Shown here: positions 27,497 to 37,797 of the stretch, in pieces | Layout: every line of letters starts with the position of its first letter | How positions within the stretch are numbered: the first letter of the stretch is position 1 | Assembly (NCBI GenBank): GCA_033763455.1 | Contig: JANRKO010000023.1 | Span: forward strand, 288,001-352,000 | Length of the DNA stretch: 64,000 nucleotides | Source: Polyangiaceae bacterium | GTDB taxonomy: Bacteria; Myxococcota_A; Polyangia; Polyangiales; Polyangiaceae | Direction: 5' to 3' | Notes under the pieces: model-generated | What the model saw: only the letters and a program-made list of their open reading frames with translations | Told to the model about the DNA's origin: nothing | Database searches by the model: none | Made by a program: the position numbers and the translations under genes

Positions 27497-28751
27497 CGCG
27501 GCGAGGTGAGGAGTCGACGACTTCCAAGGTAGTGAGGTCTGGGAGCCGCAGAGACTCACCTGGGTCGGGTATGCGCCCAAACATGGCCACACAGAGTCCG
27601 CCCATGGTCGTCCACGACCCTTCACTTGGAAGCGCAAGTCCTAGGACGCGATTAACGTCGCGGATCGGAGCGGCCCCGCTCACAAGTCCCGCACCACCCT
27701 CTTCCTTGCTGATGAGCACAGACATAGGCGTCTCATGCTCATGCATGATCTCCCCCACCAGCTCCTCAACCAGGTCCTCCATAGTGACGATTCCGGACAT
27801 GCCACCGTACTCGTCCACGACGATCGCGAAAGGCATGCGGTCGTGGCGCATCTCTCTTAGCATTTCAGCGGCGTTCTTGGACTCGGGCACGAAGTATGCG
27901 GAGCGCAAGACATCTTGCAGGACGATAAGACGCTGCTCCCAGGCGAGCGCCAGAAGATCCTTCACGTTCAGGTAGCCCACGATGTCGTCGATATGATCCC
28001 CGTATACCGGCATCCGAGTGTGACTGTATTCCAGCACAATGCGTCGGATCTCATCCGGGGTCGCATTACGAGAAACCATGACCACTCCTTGCCGCGGCAC
28101 CATGACATCAGCTGCGGTTAACTCTGGCAGCGCCAAGGCGCGTGTAGCGATCTCTCCCGCTTCACGATGAATAGTACCGGCATGGGTCGATTCCTCGACC
28201 AACTGCTGGAGCTCTTCTGCGGAGTGTCGGGTCTCAGTGAAGCTTGTTTTGTCACCGAAGGGCTTAAGCAAGATGTTGGCGCTCGCACTCAAGAACCAAA
28301 CCAGCGGCCTTGCCAGCCAGGAGACCACAAACAGGGCTCTCCCAATGAACAGCGCATACCGTTCCGCCGAGCGAAGCGCCAACGACTTGGGAACGAGCTC
28401 ACCTATCACAATAGAGAGATACGAAACGAGTGCAATTACCAGCCCCAGCGCCACTTGCTCCGCGTGTTCACCGATCCATGTTATCCGCGCCAGCGTCGGC
28501 GCAAGGCGTTCCGCGATGGATGCCCCGCCGAAGGCAGCCGCGGTTGCCCCAATTACCGTGATGCCAACCTGCACAGTCGCCAGGAAGCGCTCGGGCTCCT
28601 TTTTGAGCCACAGGACAGCCGCCGCAGAGGTACGCCCCTTGGCGACAAGCTCCTGGATGCGCGTTGATCGCACCGCCACCACTGCGATCTCCGCACCCGC
28701 GAAAATGCCATTGGCCAAGACCAACAAGAGTATCAGCAGAATGTCGCTCAA
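27459..28751 (-). CDS. HlyC/CorC (CNNM-CBS-CorC) family membrane protein
   Basis: NGIFAGAEIA, FLATVQVGIT, GELVPKSLAL, CBS pair, VDEYGGMSGIVTMEDLVEELVGEI; start uncertain. Confidence 0.92.
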   Translation of the reverse strand: MSDILLILLLVLANGIFAGAEIAVVAVRSTRIQELVAKGRTSAAAVLWLKKEPERFLATVQVGITVIGATAAAFGGASIAERLAPTLARITWIGEHAEQVALGLVIALVSYLSIVIGELVPKSLALRSAERYALFIGRALFVVSWLARPLVWFLSASANILLKPFGDKTSFTETRHSAEELQQLVEESTHAGTIHREAGEIATRALALPELTAADVMVPRQGVVMVSRNATPDEIRRIVLEYSHTRMPVYGDHIDDIVGYLNVKDLLALAWEQRLIVLQDVLRSAYFVPESKNAAEMLREMRHDRMPFAIVVDEYGGMSGIVTMEDLVEELVGEIMHEHETPMSVLISKEEGGAGLVSGAAPIRDVNRVLGLALPSEGSWTTMGGLCVAMFGRIPDPGESLRLPDLTTLEVVDSSPRRVISVRVCPPPAG

Positions 28752-28945
28752 CGCAGTAACTCCCAACGGCTCGAAGCCTGATGCAGCCAGGCGTGAAAAT
28801 CCACGAGGCGGGACCATGGCACGTTTCATGTGCGTTGCAAGCGTTAGGCTTGTGCGCAACCTTCTGCTGAGCTGGGAGGTCGGCCCCAGCTCTTGACCAA
28901 TCCTCAACAGAAGGCAGACTCGTGGCCGCCGCCTGGAATCGTCTT

Positions 28946-30895
28946 ATGCGTTTACCTTCGTTGAACACGACTGCGCCTGCCGCAACGAACACCTTCGGAT
29001 CAATACATCTGCGTCCGCGCCTGCTCCAAGTGGCGCGCACTTTGGTCAAGCTCACGAGCGCGGCCTTCCTCTTGCATTCAAGCTCATGCGTCGGCAAGAA
29101 GGCGCCTCAAGCGACGCCACAGGTTTCGCACGAGGCCCCCCCTCCTCCGCGACCCTCGGAAATTATCTTTCCGGAGGACGCCGGACAGCTCGATCTGAAG
29201 CGCGATTTCGGAGCCTTGGGTGATGGCGTGACAGACGACACCGCAAAGTTTCAGAAAGCCGTGCGCGAGAACTCCGATCATCTTGACTCCACCACGCTCT
29301 ACCTTGCGGGAGGAACCTACCTCGTGTCCGATACGATCCAGTGGTTCTGCCGCTTGTCGCTCGTGGGTCGCTCGCAGGGAGCAACGATCATCAAACTGAA
29401 AGACAACGCACCCGGCTTTGGGGATCCAAATAACCCGCGCCCGGTCATCTCAGTCGGCGACCCGCCCAACAATGGGGACGCCATGCAGAGCTATGTGTCG
29501 AACCTCATCGTAGATACAGGTAAGGGCAACCCCGGCGCCATCGGCATCGCCTTTCAGTCGAACAACGGCGGTGGTATTGAGGATGTTACGATTCGGAGTG
29601 GCGACACCCGCGGCCACGCAGGCCTCACCACCTGGCCTTGGCCCGGCCCAGCTCTCATCAAGAATCTGCGTGTAGAAGGTTTTGACCGCGGAATTTACAC
29701 CAGCGCCAGCGAATACGACCTTACGTTCGTCAACATCACGCTGATTGGGCAAAAGCTTTTCGGATGGGAAAACGACGGGTTACCCATCGAAATAGAGAAT
29801 CTGCAGAGCTACAATTCTGTCCCAGCGTTCAAGGGCGATGGCACTGTGGTGATGATCAATAGCCACTTCCACGGGGGTGATAGCAAGCGCGTGGGTATGT
29901 TCTACAACGGTGACAGCCTCTACATGCGCAACGTCGTAGCTGATGGCTACTCCGCGGTATTGCAGGATTCGGGGGGTGCCAACGAAATCAAGGAGCTTTG
30001 GAAGGGCACCATTCACAGCAAATTTCCCTCCCCGCGAAGTTCTCTCAACCTACCGATCAAAGAGACACCCTCCGCGCCCCATCCACCGATCCAAACATGG
30101 ACGAACGTGCGGGATTTTAACCCGGAAGGGAGCGACAATTGGACGAAGGCCATCCAGGCGGCAATCGATTCCGGCACTGAAACGCTCTACTTCCCGCGCG
30201 GTGCCTACAATATTGACGCACCTCTGCACATCCGCGGAAACGTGAAACGCATCATCGGCATGCGCTCAAGTTTGAAGATCCCCAAGTCCTTCAGAGACGT
30301 GCCTATGGTGCGATTTGAAGGCACGAGCCCGAATCCCCTCATCGTCGAATACTTCAACGCGGCCTCTGAAGAATATCGATTCAACACCCTCACCTTTCAT
30401 CAAGCGGGCACGCAACCCATCGTCTTCAAGCGCTGTTACGGCAGCATCAGCAACGAACCGAACAAGGCCGATGTTTTCTTGGAAGATTTCCAGGGCATCT
30501 TGCGCCTCAAAGGCCCCATCAACGTGTGGTCGCGTTCGCTGAATATCGAAACAGAGGGAGACATGCCGGAGCTCGTCAATGACGGCGGAACGCTTTGGCT
30601 CCTCGGCTACAAGACAGAATACCAAAGCACTAACATATTTAATCGCGGCGGAGCCAAAACAGAGATGTTGGGAGGGCTCATTTACCCAGTAACTGAGCAG
30701 TGGCCCGATATTCCTTCTTTTATCAATGAGGAATCAAGCCTATCCATGATCTTCGCGTACCGCGTCTACGTGGAGCGTGCCAACCAAAACGTGATCGTAA
30801 AAGAAACTCGCGGTGGCGTGGTGCGGGAGCTTTCGAAAACTGAGGCCTTCGGCAGGGGCGCCTGGAGCCTCAACTACACCGGGTTCCAGCGTTAA
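28946..30895 (+). CDS. Pectate_lyase_3/GH55-like beta-helix glycoside hydrolase family lipoprotein
   Basis: DFGALGDGVTDDTAKFQ, LYLAGGTYLVSDT, and a second copy NVRDF...WTKAIQAAIDSG..TLYFPRGAY. Confidence 0.8.
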   Translation: MRLPSLNTTAPAATNTFGSIHLRPRLLQVARTLVKLTSAAFLLHSSSCVGKKAPQATPQVSHEAPPPPRPSEIIFPEDAGQLDLKRDFGALGDGVTDDTAKFQKAVRENSDHLDSTTLYLAGGTYLVSDTIQWFCRLSLVGRSQGATIIKLKDNAPGFGDPNNPRPVISVGDPPNNGDAMQSYVSNLIVDTGKGNPGAIGIAFQSNNGGGIEDVTIRSGDTRGHAGLTTWPWPGPALIKNLRVEGFDRGIYTSASEYDLTFVNITLIGQKLFGWENDGLPIEIENLQSYNSVPAFKGDGTVVMINSHFHGGDSKRVGMFYNGDSLYMRNVVADGYSAVLQDSGGANEIKELWKGTIHSKFPSPRSSLNLPIKETPSAPHPPIQTWTNVRDFNPEGSDNWTKAIQAAIDSGTETLYFPRGAYNIDAPLHIRGNVKRIIGMRSSLKIPKSFRDVPMVRFEGTSPNPLIVEYFNAASEEYRFNTLTFHQAGTQPIVFKRCYGSISNEPNKADVFLEDFQGILRLKGPINVWSRSLNIETEGDMPELVNDGGTLWLLGYKTEYQSTNIFNRGGAKTEMLGGLIYPVTEQWPDIPSFINEESSLSMIFAYRVYVERANQNVIVKETRGGVVRELSKTEAFGRGAWSLNYTGFQR

Positions 30896-32052
30896 TTCGC
30901 CGGGCAGCCCGCCACTCCAGCACAATTCATGATCTCTTGGGTAGTGAGCACTCGATTGTAAACACGGACATCATCAATGCCGCCGCTGAATCCACGCATA
31001 TCAGGGTTGTTGCTCTTGCCGATCGAGAGAAGGTGAGCGCCCGTTATCGCCGCTCCATTAGCGCCGGAGCCCGAATCAACACCATCCAACCAAATGCGCA
31101 CCTCCCCCGCGGCGTTCATCGTACCAGCTAGGTGGTGCCAGGCGTTGCCCGAAGGCACCGAACAGATGCCTTCCCCGCCCCCAGAGATCCAGGTTAAGTC
31201 GTCTGCATCCCAGTAGAGATAGATAGCCGTCTCCCAATCAAGTAAGCCGGCTTCATAGCCGTAGGAAATCGCCCCGCTTTCATTCTTGAACCACAAGCTA
31301 ACCGTTAGATTGGATAAGCTGCCTAGATTGACGTTTGACTTGGTCGCCGCGCCGTCGCAATCGTTGTATCGGGGTGTGCCTGTGCCCAGCGTGAGGCTCT
31401 TCCCGAGCTTGCCGGCCGTGCCAAGGCTGGCACATCCAGTGAGCGTGAGCGTATGGCCATTGCCCGTAGCGTCCGCCGCGGTGGTGCCATTCGCTTCGTC
31501 AAACGTCCAGTGAGCGATAAGGCTACTGCCGCTGCTTCCGCCGGTCCCGCTTCCACCACTCGACGTTCCTCCAGTGGCACTCGACCCGCCGCTTCCGCCG
31601 CTCGATGTGCCTCCAGTGGCACTCGACCCGCCGCTTCCGCCGCTCGATGTGCCTCCAATGGCACTCGACCCGCCGCTTCCGCCGCTCGATGTGCCTCCAG
31701 TGGCACTTGTGCCTCCCGTTGCCGTGCTCCCCCCAGCACCCGTTGTCCCGCCAGCCTTGCCTGTGGTTCCGCCGGTGCTCGCACCGCCAGTCCCAAACCC
31801 CGTGCCGCCTGTTTTCCCGCCAGTGCCGCCGGCTCCCACGTTCGACGTTCCTCCCGTGGTCACGATATTTGTTCCGCCACTGCCTCCCAACTTCCCGCCT
31901 GTGCCGCTAGCACCACCACTCACCGCGCTGCTACCGCCCATTTCGTCGATAGCCCCGCGCAACCCCGACCCGCCGCCTCCGGTACCACCCGCCGAACACG
32001 CACCAACCAACCCCAAACCGATCAACGACTGAGCCAATGAGAGCTTCTTCAT
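30892..32052 (-). CDS. Lipoprotein with Gly/Ser/Thr linker and C-terminal LamG (ConA-like) domain
   Basis: Lipobox VGAC; LIAHWTFDE..G..A.D, WHHLAGT, FSGGIDDVRVYNRVLT. Confidence 0.88.
   Translation of the reverse strand: MKKLSLAQSLIGLGLVGACSAGGTGGGGSGLRGAIDEMGGSSAVSGGASGTGGKLGGSGGTNIVTTGGTSNVGAGGTGGKTGGTGFGTGGASTGGTTGKAGGTTGAGGSTATGGTSATGGTSSGGSGGSSAIGGTSSGGSGGSSATGGTSSGGSGGSSATGGTSSGGSGTGGSSGSSLIAHWTFDEANGTTAADATGNGHTLTLTGCASLGTAGKLGKSLTLGTGTPRYNDCDGAATKSNVNLGSLSNLTVSLWFKNESGAISYGYEAGLLDWETAIYLYWDADDLTWISGGGEGICSVPSGNAWHHLAGTMNAAGEVRIWLDGVDSGSGANGAAITGAHLLSIGKSNNPDMRGFSGGIDDVRVYNRVLTTQEIMNCAGVAGCPAN
31571..31706 (-). repeat. Intragenic 42-bp tandem repeat x3 (GGTSSGGSGGSSAT)
   Basis: Near-identical units starting at 31571, 31613, 31655. 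Confidence 0.85.
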
Positions 32053-32532
32053 GGTTCTAACCACTCCAAGCAAAGACGAGAAGATGACAGCAATTTTAAG
32101 AATAGCTTCACACCTCGTCTCAAACAAGGACAACCAACAGTTTCACAAGCACGGCAAAGCCTGCGCAGAATGTGTGCAAAACCTGGCGCCACTCAGCAGT
32201 TGACCTGAGTTTGCACGCCGAGGTCCGTGTTAGCCACCCTGTAGGTAGCAGTGGGTAACGCATCTGAGATGCCCTGCACTGAGTGGGGACAATGGTGGAT
32301 ACGCTTCAGAAATACCTGTACTCGCGGCGACTTTTCCCCCTAAAACCCTATGCGCCTACCACATGCAGGCGTGTGCGACACGCCCCCCTGGGGTACCAGA
32401 CCCTCCTACCAGATAGCATCGGCCGGCACGCCTGCTATCAACCATGGCGGGATCAGGTGGAGGCTGGCTTCCTGCACGGAGCCGCTGGTTTCCGCCGATG
32501 GCAGTGCTCCTCCAGGCGGCGCGGAGCCGACC

Positions 32533-33636
32533 CTACTGCTGCCGAAGAGTCGTGAGCTCTTGAGTCGTTAATACACGATTGTATATTCGAATATCATCGA
32601 TGGCGCCCCCAAAGTCATCCGGGCCGGCCACCCTCCCAACAGTGAATAACTTCGAGCCCGAGAAACCTATCCCGCCAGTGCTAGATGTCTGCTTGGTTCC
32701 ATCCACATAGAGTTCGATGTCGCCCCCGGCGGTTGTGATACCCGCAATCTGATGCCAAGACCCAGCGGCCGGCGCTGTCCCAGTGGCGTCGTCCCCGTTG
32801 AACCAATTCACGCCCCCAGCATCGTCAGTCAAGAACCTGAAAGTGTCAGCGAACTCAAGCAGGCCCGCACCATAGGTAACAGAGTTTGCACCAATATTAA
32901 CCCAAAAGACGACAGTGAATGCGTTAGCTGTGCCGAGGCTGAAGGTGGCGCTAGCCACGCCATCGCAGTCGTTCGGATCGGTGAACGTAAGGGCCTTTCC
33001 GACCTTCCCGGCCATACCCAAGGTTGCGCAACCTGACAGCGTGAGCGTGTGGTTATTACCAGAGGAATCCATAGCGGTATTGCCATTGGCCTCATCAAAC
33101 TTCCAATGCGCGATAAGTCCGTTGGTGACAACCCCTCCGCCTGCGCCTCCGGTTGCGGGAGCGCCTCCGGTTGCCGAAGCTCCCCCCGTCGAAGTGGTGC
33201 CTCCCGCTGAGGGAGCAGACCCACCCATATTGCTCGTTCCACCCGTATTGCTCGTTCCACCTGTACTGCTCGTTCCACCCGTATTGCTCGCACCACCTGT
33301 ATTGCTCGTTCCACCAGTACTGGTAACCCCGCCGCTGTTGCTCACGCCGCCCGATTGACCCAAATTGCCACCACCGCCCGTTCCGCCACCACCGGTTCCC
33401 AGCTTACCGCCGGTGCCGCCCATTCCGCCGGCCGTGCCCACGGGAGTAAAACCCCCGGTGGTTCCGACTCCCACGCCACCCGTCGTTGTACCCTTCCCGC
33501 CCGAAGCAGGCCCGGCCCCGCCGGTAGAATCATCCACGCCGCGTAAGCCTGAGCCCGCAGGGCCCGTGCCCGTGGCGGAGCAAGCGGCAGCGATGCCGAG
33601 GGAGACGAGAAGACTTGCGAGCGCAGATGACTTCAT
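32533..33636 (-). CDS. Paralogous LamG-domain lipoprotein
   Basis: Lipobox AAAC; GSGLRG and HTLTL.GCA.LG.AGK.GK.LT shared with 30892..32052; GGTSNT repeats. Confidence 0.88.
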   Translation of the reverse strand: MKSSALASLLVSLGIAAACSATGTGPAGSGLRGVDDSTGGAGPASGGKGTTTGGVGVGTTGGFTPVGTAGGMGGTGGKLGTGGGGTGGGGNLGQSGGVSNSGGVTSTGGTSNTGGASNTGGTSSTGGTSNTGGTSNMGGSAPSAGGTTSTGGASATGGAPATGGAGGGVVTNGLIAHWKFDEANGNTAMDSSGNNHTLTLSGCATLGMAGKVGKALTFTDPNDCDGVASATFSLGTANAFTVVFWVNIGANSVTYGAGLLEFADTFRFLTDDAGGVNWFNGDDATGTAPAAGSWHQIAGITTAGGDIELYVDGTKQTSSTGGIGFSGSKLFTVGRVAGPDDFGGAIDDIRIYNRVLTTQELTTLRQQ

Positions 33637-33844
33637 GGGGTACCTATGAACCTATTACGAACACTTACAACTCAAGTGACGACACTCGAGAGTTCCAAGC
33701 AATATCGCGGCGGCGAGCCCCGAACAACCCTGCGCGGAGCGTGAAATTTCGGCCCCAATACCGTCAAAGGAGTAATTTTCCAGTGGAGCCCGCGGCATCC
33801 TTTCGCGGCACTCTCGCGGCGCTCTGGGAAAACGAGAAAGCGCT

Positions 33845-34573
33845 TTAGCCGGGGCCGCCCGAGCTGCCTGCCTGGGCTGCGCCACCAGACGCTGCGCCCG
33901 CTGCGCCACCAGATGCTGCGCCACCAGATGCTGCACCCGCTGCGCCACCAGGTGCTGCACCACCAGCTCCCATCCCGCCCGCTCCGCCGGTGCCAGCCCC
34001 ACAAGCGGTACCACCAGGAAGCGTCGGATCAAAGCCCGAAGGATCTACACAGCCAAAGTTCGGCCCCTGAATGAGTGTCGTATCCACCACGACGCCACAG
34101 GTTCCTTGCTGGGTGCAGCAACCAGGGAGGACAACACCCGGGGGGGCCTGTTGGAATAGAACGGATGCCTCCTGGTCGGCGCAGTTAGGCGACGTTGTGC
34201 CCGGAGCTTCCAGTGGCGCACACAAGCCGCCAAAATCGACACCACACATGGTGTTGTTCACACAACATGGGGCCAAGGCCATACCGAGATCGTACCCCTT
34301 ACACGTCGTGGCCCCGCACTGAATGCTAGCTGGTACGCCAATCGGGGCCATGCCGCCCATCGCAGCGCCGCCGGTTGCTTTACCTCCCGTGCCGCCAGTT
34401 GCTTTACCTCCCGTTGCGACACCCGGTGAACCACCGCTGCCTGTGGTTCCACCTGTTGAGCCTGCTGGCCCGTCCACTTCGCTGCTGCCACAGGCTTGAG
34501 CAGCGATGACAGTGCCAAGAGACGCAACAAGAACGAAGGAGCGAATCAAAGAGCGGGAATTGGATGAACGCAT
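33845..34573 (-). CDS. Gly/Cys-rich hypothetical lipoprotein
   Basis: Signal with AQAC lipobox; PCC...CG and LPGCC...CG core; Gly-Ala tail. Confidence 0.75.
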   Translation of the reverse strand: MRSSNSRSLIRSFVLVASLGTVIAAQACGSSEVDGPAGSTGGTTGSGGSPGVATGGKATGGTGGKATGGAAMGGMAPIGVPASIQCGATTCKGYDLGMALAPCCVNNTMCGVDFGGLCAPLEAPGTTSPNCADQEASVLFQQAPPGVVLPGCCTQQGTCGVVVDTTLIQGPNFGCVDPSGFDPTLPGGTACGAGTGGAGGMGAGGAAPGGAAGAASGGAASGGAAGAASGGAAQAGSSGGPG

Positions 34574-34697
34574 CCTAGGAAGGTACAGGCCACAGCGGCC
34601 ACCGACAAGCGCTCTATGATATGTGCATGTGCCACGGCCTTGTCAGACAGACCAGCAGGTTACCGTCAGCCGCTCGGCCATCAGACCTTTGCCACAA

Positions 34698-35024
34698 TCA
34701 CGCCTCGAACGAGCAGACGTATTCGGCAATGCCGCCGTCGACGCAGATATCAAAACCCGAGTTTGCGGCGACGCGGAAGTTTTCACCAGACGTGTAGGTA
34801 CGGAACTCAGCGTCACCCTTTTGACGCACCCGACAACTGCCTGCAACGATCTGCATGATCTCCGCGGCGCGTGTGTCGAAGTGAAACTCACCGGGGAAGA
34901 TGAGGCCGAGCGTCTTCTTGGAACCATCGTTAAACAGCAACGTGTGGCTTACGACCTTGCCATCGAAGTAGACATTGGCCTTCGCCACTGCCGTGACGCC
35001 TGGGAACTCGAGGGGCTGAGACAT
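34698..35024 (-). CDS. ppnP: Pyrimidine/purine nucleoside phosphorylase
   Basis: KANVYFDGKVVSH, DGSKKTLG.I.PG.F.F.T...E.M, YVCSF. Confidence 0.9.
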   Translation of the reverse strand: MSQPLEFPGVTAVAKANVYFDGKVVSHTLLFNDGSKKTLGLIFPGEFHFDTRAAEIMQIVAGSCRVRQKGDAEFRTYTSGENFRVAANSGFDICVDGGIAEYVCSFEA

Positions 35025-35192
35025 GCCGGGAAACTCGCACAGCCATTCGCTTCGCGAAAGGGTGAATGAAGGCACGGGGAAAGGCTGCCTGCGCCAGTCG
35101 ACTTCTTGCCCCGTCATTGAGCACCCCCAAAAACTCTGCTAGGTTCGCCCAGTTTCGAACGCCGTGTCCGACTTCAGACACAGAAAAGAACC

Positions 35193-36326
35193 ATGAAAGT
35201 AAAATCCACCGTCTGGCAATTCGACCCCAAGCGAGTCCAATCTCTGTTTGGTGGGCTTTCCCGCGAGATCCGAGGCCAGAAGCGACCCCCCGGGGGCTAC
35301 GCCGAGCTCGCCGATGAAATCGGGCGCTTGGCGAAGGAGCGGAACCTGGTCGCACTGGATCGCCGAAAGCTGGCCGCACTCGGTGAAGAGGTACTGGATG
35401 CGGATCTTGTGCTCACGTTGGCCGAGCTCACCACGCTCGATGAATTCCTTCGCCACAAGGGCGGACTGGGGTTTTTCTTGGGTGGCAGTGAGCGCAGCGT
35501 GCTCCACTACTTGGCGCAGTCTCGTTTAGGGGCCACGGCTCTGGTGGCGTGCCACGGCTCTTCAGATGGCGGGCAAGATACGCTAGCGCGTTTTGACGCC
35601 GACGCCTTCAGCGTACTGAAAGATCAGTTGCGCATCTACACCGAAGGGCGAGCCGATTTAGCGCTCTCCGATGTGTTTACTGAGATGCCAGAGCTTGGCG
35701 CCACTGAATGGCCCGAGCACAGCTATGAGATGTTCCGCAATGATCCGTGGCTCTCGGGCGTGCAGAAAGACACCACGAATCTGGTCATTATCGGTTCACC
35801 GCGTCGGCACCTGGGAGCATGTTACGCGGTCGCCCACGCTTTTGGGTTTTCTGACACGCCTTTTAAGCAACCAAACGAAGAGCCCTCGCTGGAGCTCCCC
35901 TTTCGCTTCTACTGGCAAGAAGCGTCCTTGCCGTCGAAGGTTTGCTACGCAAGCTCACACCGTCCGAGCCAGCTGCCCGAGGGCGTAACGCAGGCTCTTT
36001 TACCGCGCAACGATGACCCTCTGTGCATCAAGAAACAAACTGGAGAAGATTACGACACGGTGGGTGTTGTAGCTGTGCACCGAAAGGACCGAAAAGTCGC
36101 AGCCATGAACGTGCTGGCCATGGGCCTTGATGGCCCGGGCACCTTGGCCGCTGCCAAATACCTCCCTAAGTTTTTCATCAGCGAGCGCGATTGGAGCTCG
36201 GAAACGCAGGTATTTTACCAATTCCTGCGCGCCCCCGTGCATTTCGATCACAGCAAACGCGGAGATCCACGCCGGCTTTCAGCGGATCCGGATCCGATTG
36301 GCCCAGTACATCAATGGCCACGGTGA
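35193..36326 (+). CDS. Hypothetical protein (possible N-terminal HTH-like region and C-terminal alpha/beta domain)
   Basis: 377-aa ORF filling the gap between ppnP and fbaA; NLVIIGSPR and GLDGPGTLAAA motifs. Confidence 0.7.
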   Translation: MKVKSTVWQFDPKRVQSLFGGLSREIRGQKRPPGGYAELADEIGRLAKERNLVALDRRKLAALGEEVLDADLVLTLAELTTLDEFLRHKGGLGFFLGGSERSVLHYLAQSRLGATALVACHGSSDGGQDTLARFDADAFSVLKDQLRIYTEGRADLALSDVFTEMPELGATEWPEHSYEMFRNDPWLSGVQKDTTNLVIIGSPRRHLGACYAVAHAFGFSDTPFKQPNEEPSLELPFRFYWQEASLPSKVCYASSHRPSQLPEGVTQALLPRNDDPLCIKKQTGEDYDTVGVVAVHRKDRKVAAMNVLAMGLDGPGTLAAAKYLPKFFISERDWSSETQVFYQFLRAPVHFDHSKRGDPRRLSADPDPIGPVHQWPR

Positions 36327-36435
36327 TTCCGTCCTTTTTTCAGGTGGGAGAAAGTGCTAGGCCACCCTCCCCGCTGCCCATGAGTGGCCGGTCTTTTAGC
36401 TCAAAACACGTTTTTAGCCCAGAATAAGGAACCCC

Positions 36436-37509
36436 ATGTCGAAGTTGAAACTCAAGCCCGGGATTGTGACAGGCGACGCTCTCACGGAGCTTCACGCGTA
36501 CATGAAGAGTGCCGAGTGCGCGCTTCCCGCCGTGAACGTGATCGGCTCGCACAGCACCAACGCTGCGCTCCAAGCCGCCCGCGAGGCCAAGTGCCCGATT
36601 GTGATTCAGTTCTCAAATGGTGGCGCACATTTTTTCGTCGGCAAAGGGCTCGATAACGCGGGTGAAAAAGCTGCGATTGCTGGCGGCATCGCAGGCGCGG
36701 AGTACGTCCACCGGGCGGCTGTTGCGTATGGCGTGCCGGTAGTGCTGCATACTGACCACGCGGCGAAGAAGCTCCTTCCTTGGATCGACGGATTGATTGA
36801 AGCGGGCGAGCGCCACTTTGAAAAACACAAGGCACCGCTTTTCAGCTCGCACATGCTGGATCTTTCCGAGGAGAGCCTGAGCGAGAATCTTGAAATTTGC
36901 GCCAAAACGCTGGCCCGTATGGCGCCCCTTAAGATGACACTCGAAGTTGAGCTCGGCGTTACCGGTGGCGAGGAAGATGGTGTGGATAACACCGGCGTGG
37001 ACAACTCCAAGCTCTACACGCAGCCGGCCGATGTATTGGCCACCTACGACGCACTGCATCCCATTGGCAAGTTCACCATTGCCGCTTCTTTTGGCAATAC
37101 GCACGGCGTGTACAAGCCCGGCAACGTGAAGCTTACTCCGATAATCCTCAAGAACTCGCAGGATCATATTCAAGCTGCGCGGAAGACGGCCGCAAAGCCT
37201 GTCGATTTTGTGTTTCACGGCGGCTCAGGCTCTTCGCAGGAAGAAATCCGCGAAGCGATCTCCTACGGTGTGGTCAAGATGAACATCGACACAGATACGC
37301 AGTGGGCGTTCTGCGATCCGATCAAGAAGTACATGGATGAAAAGGGCGCCTACCTCAAATCTCAGCTAGGCAACCCCGAGGGTGAGGACAAGCCGAACAA
37401 AAAGTACATCGACCCACGCGGCTGGCTGTACCTTGGTGAAAAGGGAATGACCAAGCGCCTGGTGCAGGCCCTTGGTGATCTCAACGCGATTGGCAAGTTC
37501 GATATCTAG
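36436..37509 (+). CDS. fbaA: Class II fructose-bisphosphate aldolase
   Basis: LHTDHAAKKLLPWIDG, FSSHMLDLSEE, GGEEDGVDN, FGNTHGVYKPGNV, VFHGGSG, KMNIDTD. Confidence 0.97.
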   Translation: MSKLKLKPGIVTGDALTELHAYMKSAECALPAVNVIGSHSTNAALQAAREAKCPIVIQFSNGGAHFFVGKGLDNAGEKAAIAGGIAGAEYVHRAAVAYGVPVVLHTDHAAKKLLPWIDGLIEAGERHFEKHKAPLFSSHMLDLSEESLSENLEICAKTLARMAPLKMTLEVELGVTGGEEDGVDNTGVDNSKLYTQPADVLATYDALHPIGKFTIAASFGNTHGVYKPGNVKLTPIILKNSQDHIQAARKTAAKPVDFVFHGGSGSSQEEIREAISYGVVKMNIDTDTQWAFCDPIKKYMDEKGAYLKSQLGNPEGEDKPNKKYIDPRGWLYLGEKGMTKRLVQALGDLNAIGKFDI

Positions 37510-37559
37510 GGTCCCCGGCTTGCCTTGTGGCGAGTTTGACATCTAGGGTTCGCGGGCTC

Positions 37560-37586
37560 GCCGTGCGTGCACAAGGCACGCACGGC
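37560..37586 (+). terminator. GC-rich hairpin downstream of fbaA (11-bp stem, 5-nt loop)
   Basis: GCCGTGCGTGC-ACAAG-GCACGCACGGC; no clear U-tract. Confidence 0.45.
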
Positions 37587-37797
37587 TCCTGCTCGGATTT
37601 TCAGCGCGTCCCCATGAGCTCGCCATGTCGCGACTCGACGGGGCCTGAAGGTCGATAAACGTTCCAGGCCGGATGGCGTGCTTGTAATGCTTGGGCTCCA
37701 TCTTCCGGTTGGCGTTTGCTCGCCATTGAAACAGGAGGGAGAGCCGAGTATTGGGTAGGTGGCGGGGCAACCCCAGGGAACGAGGAGTGGCGTGCAT

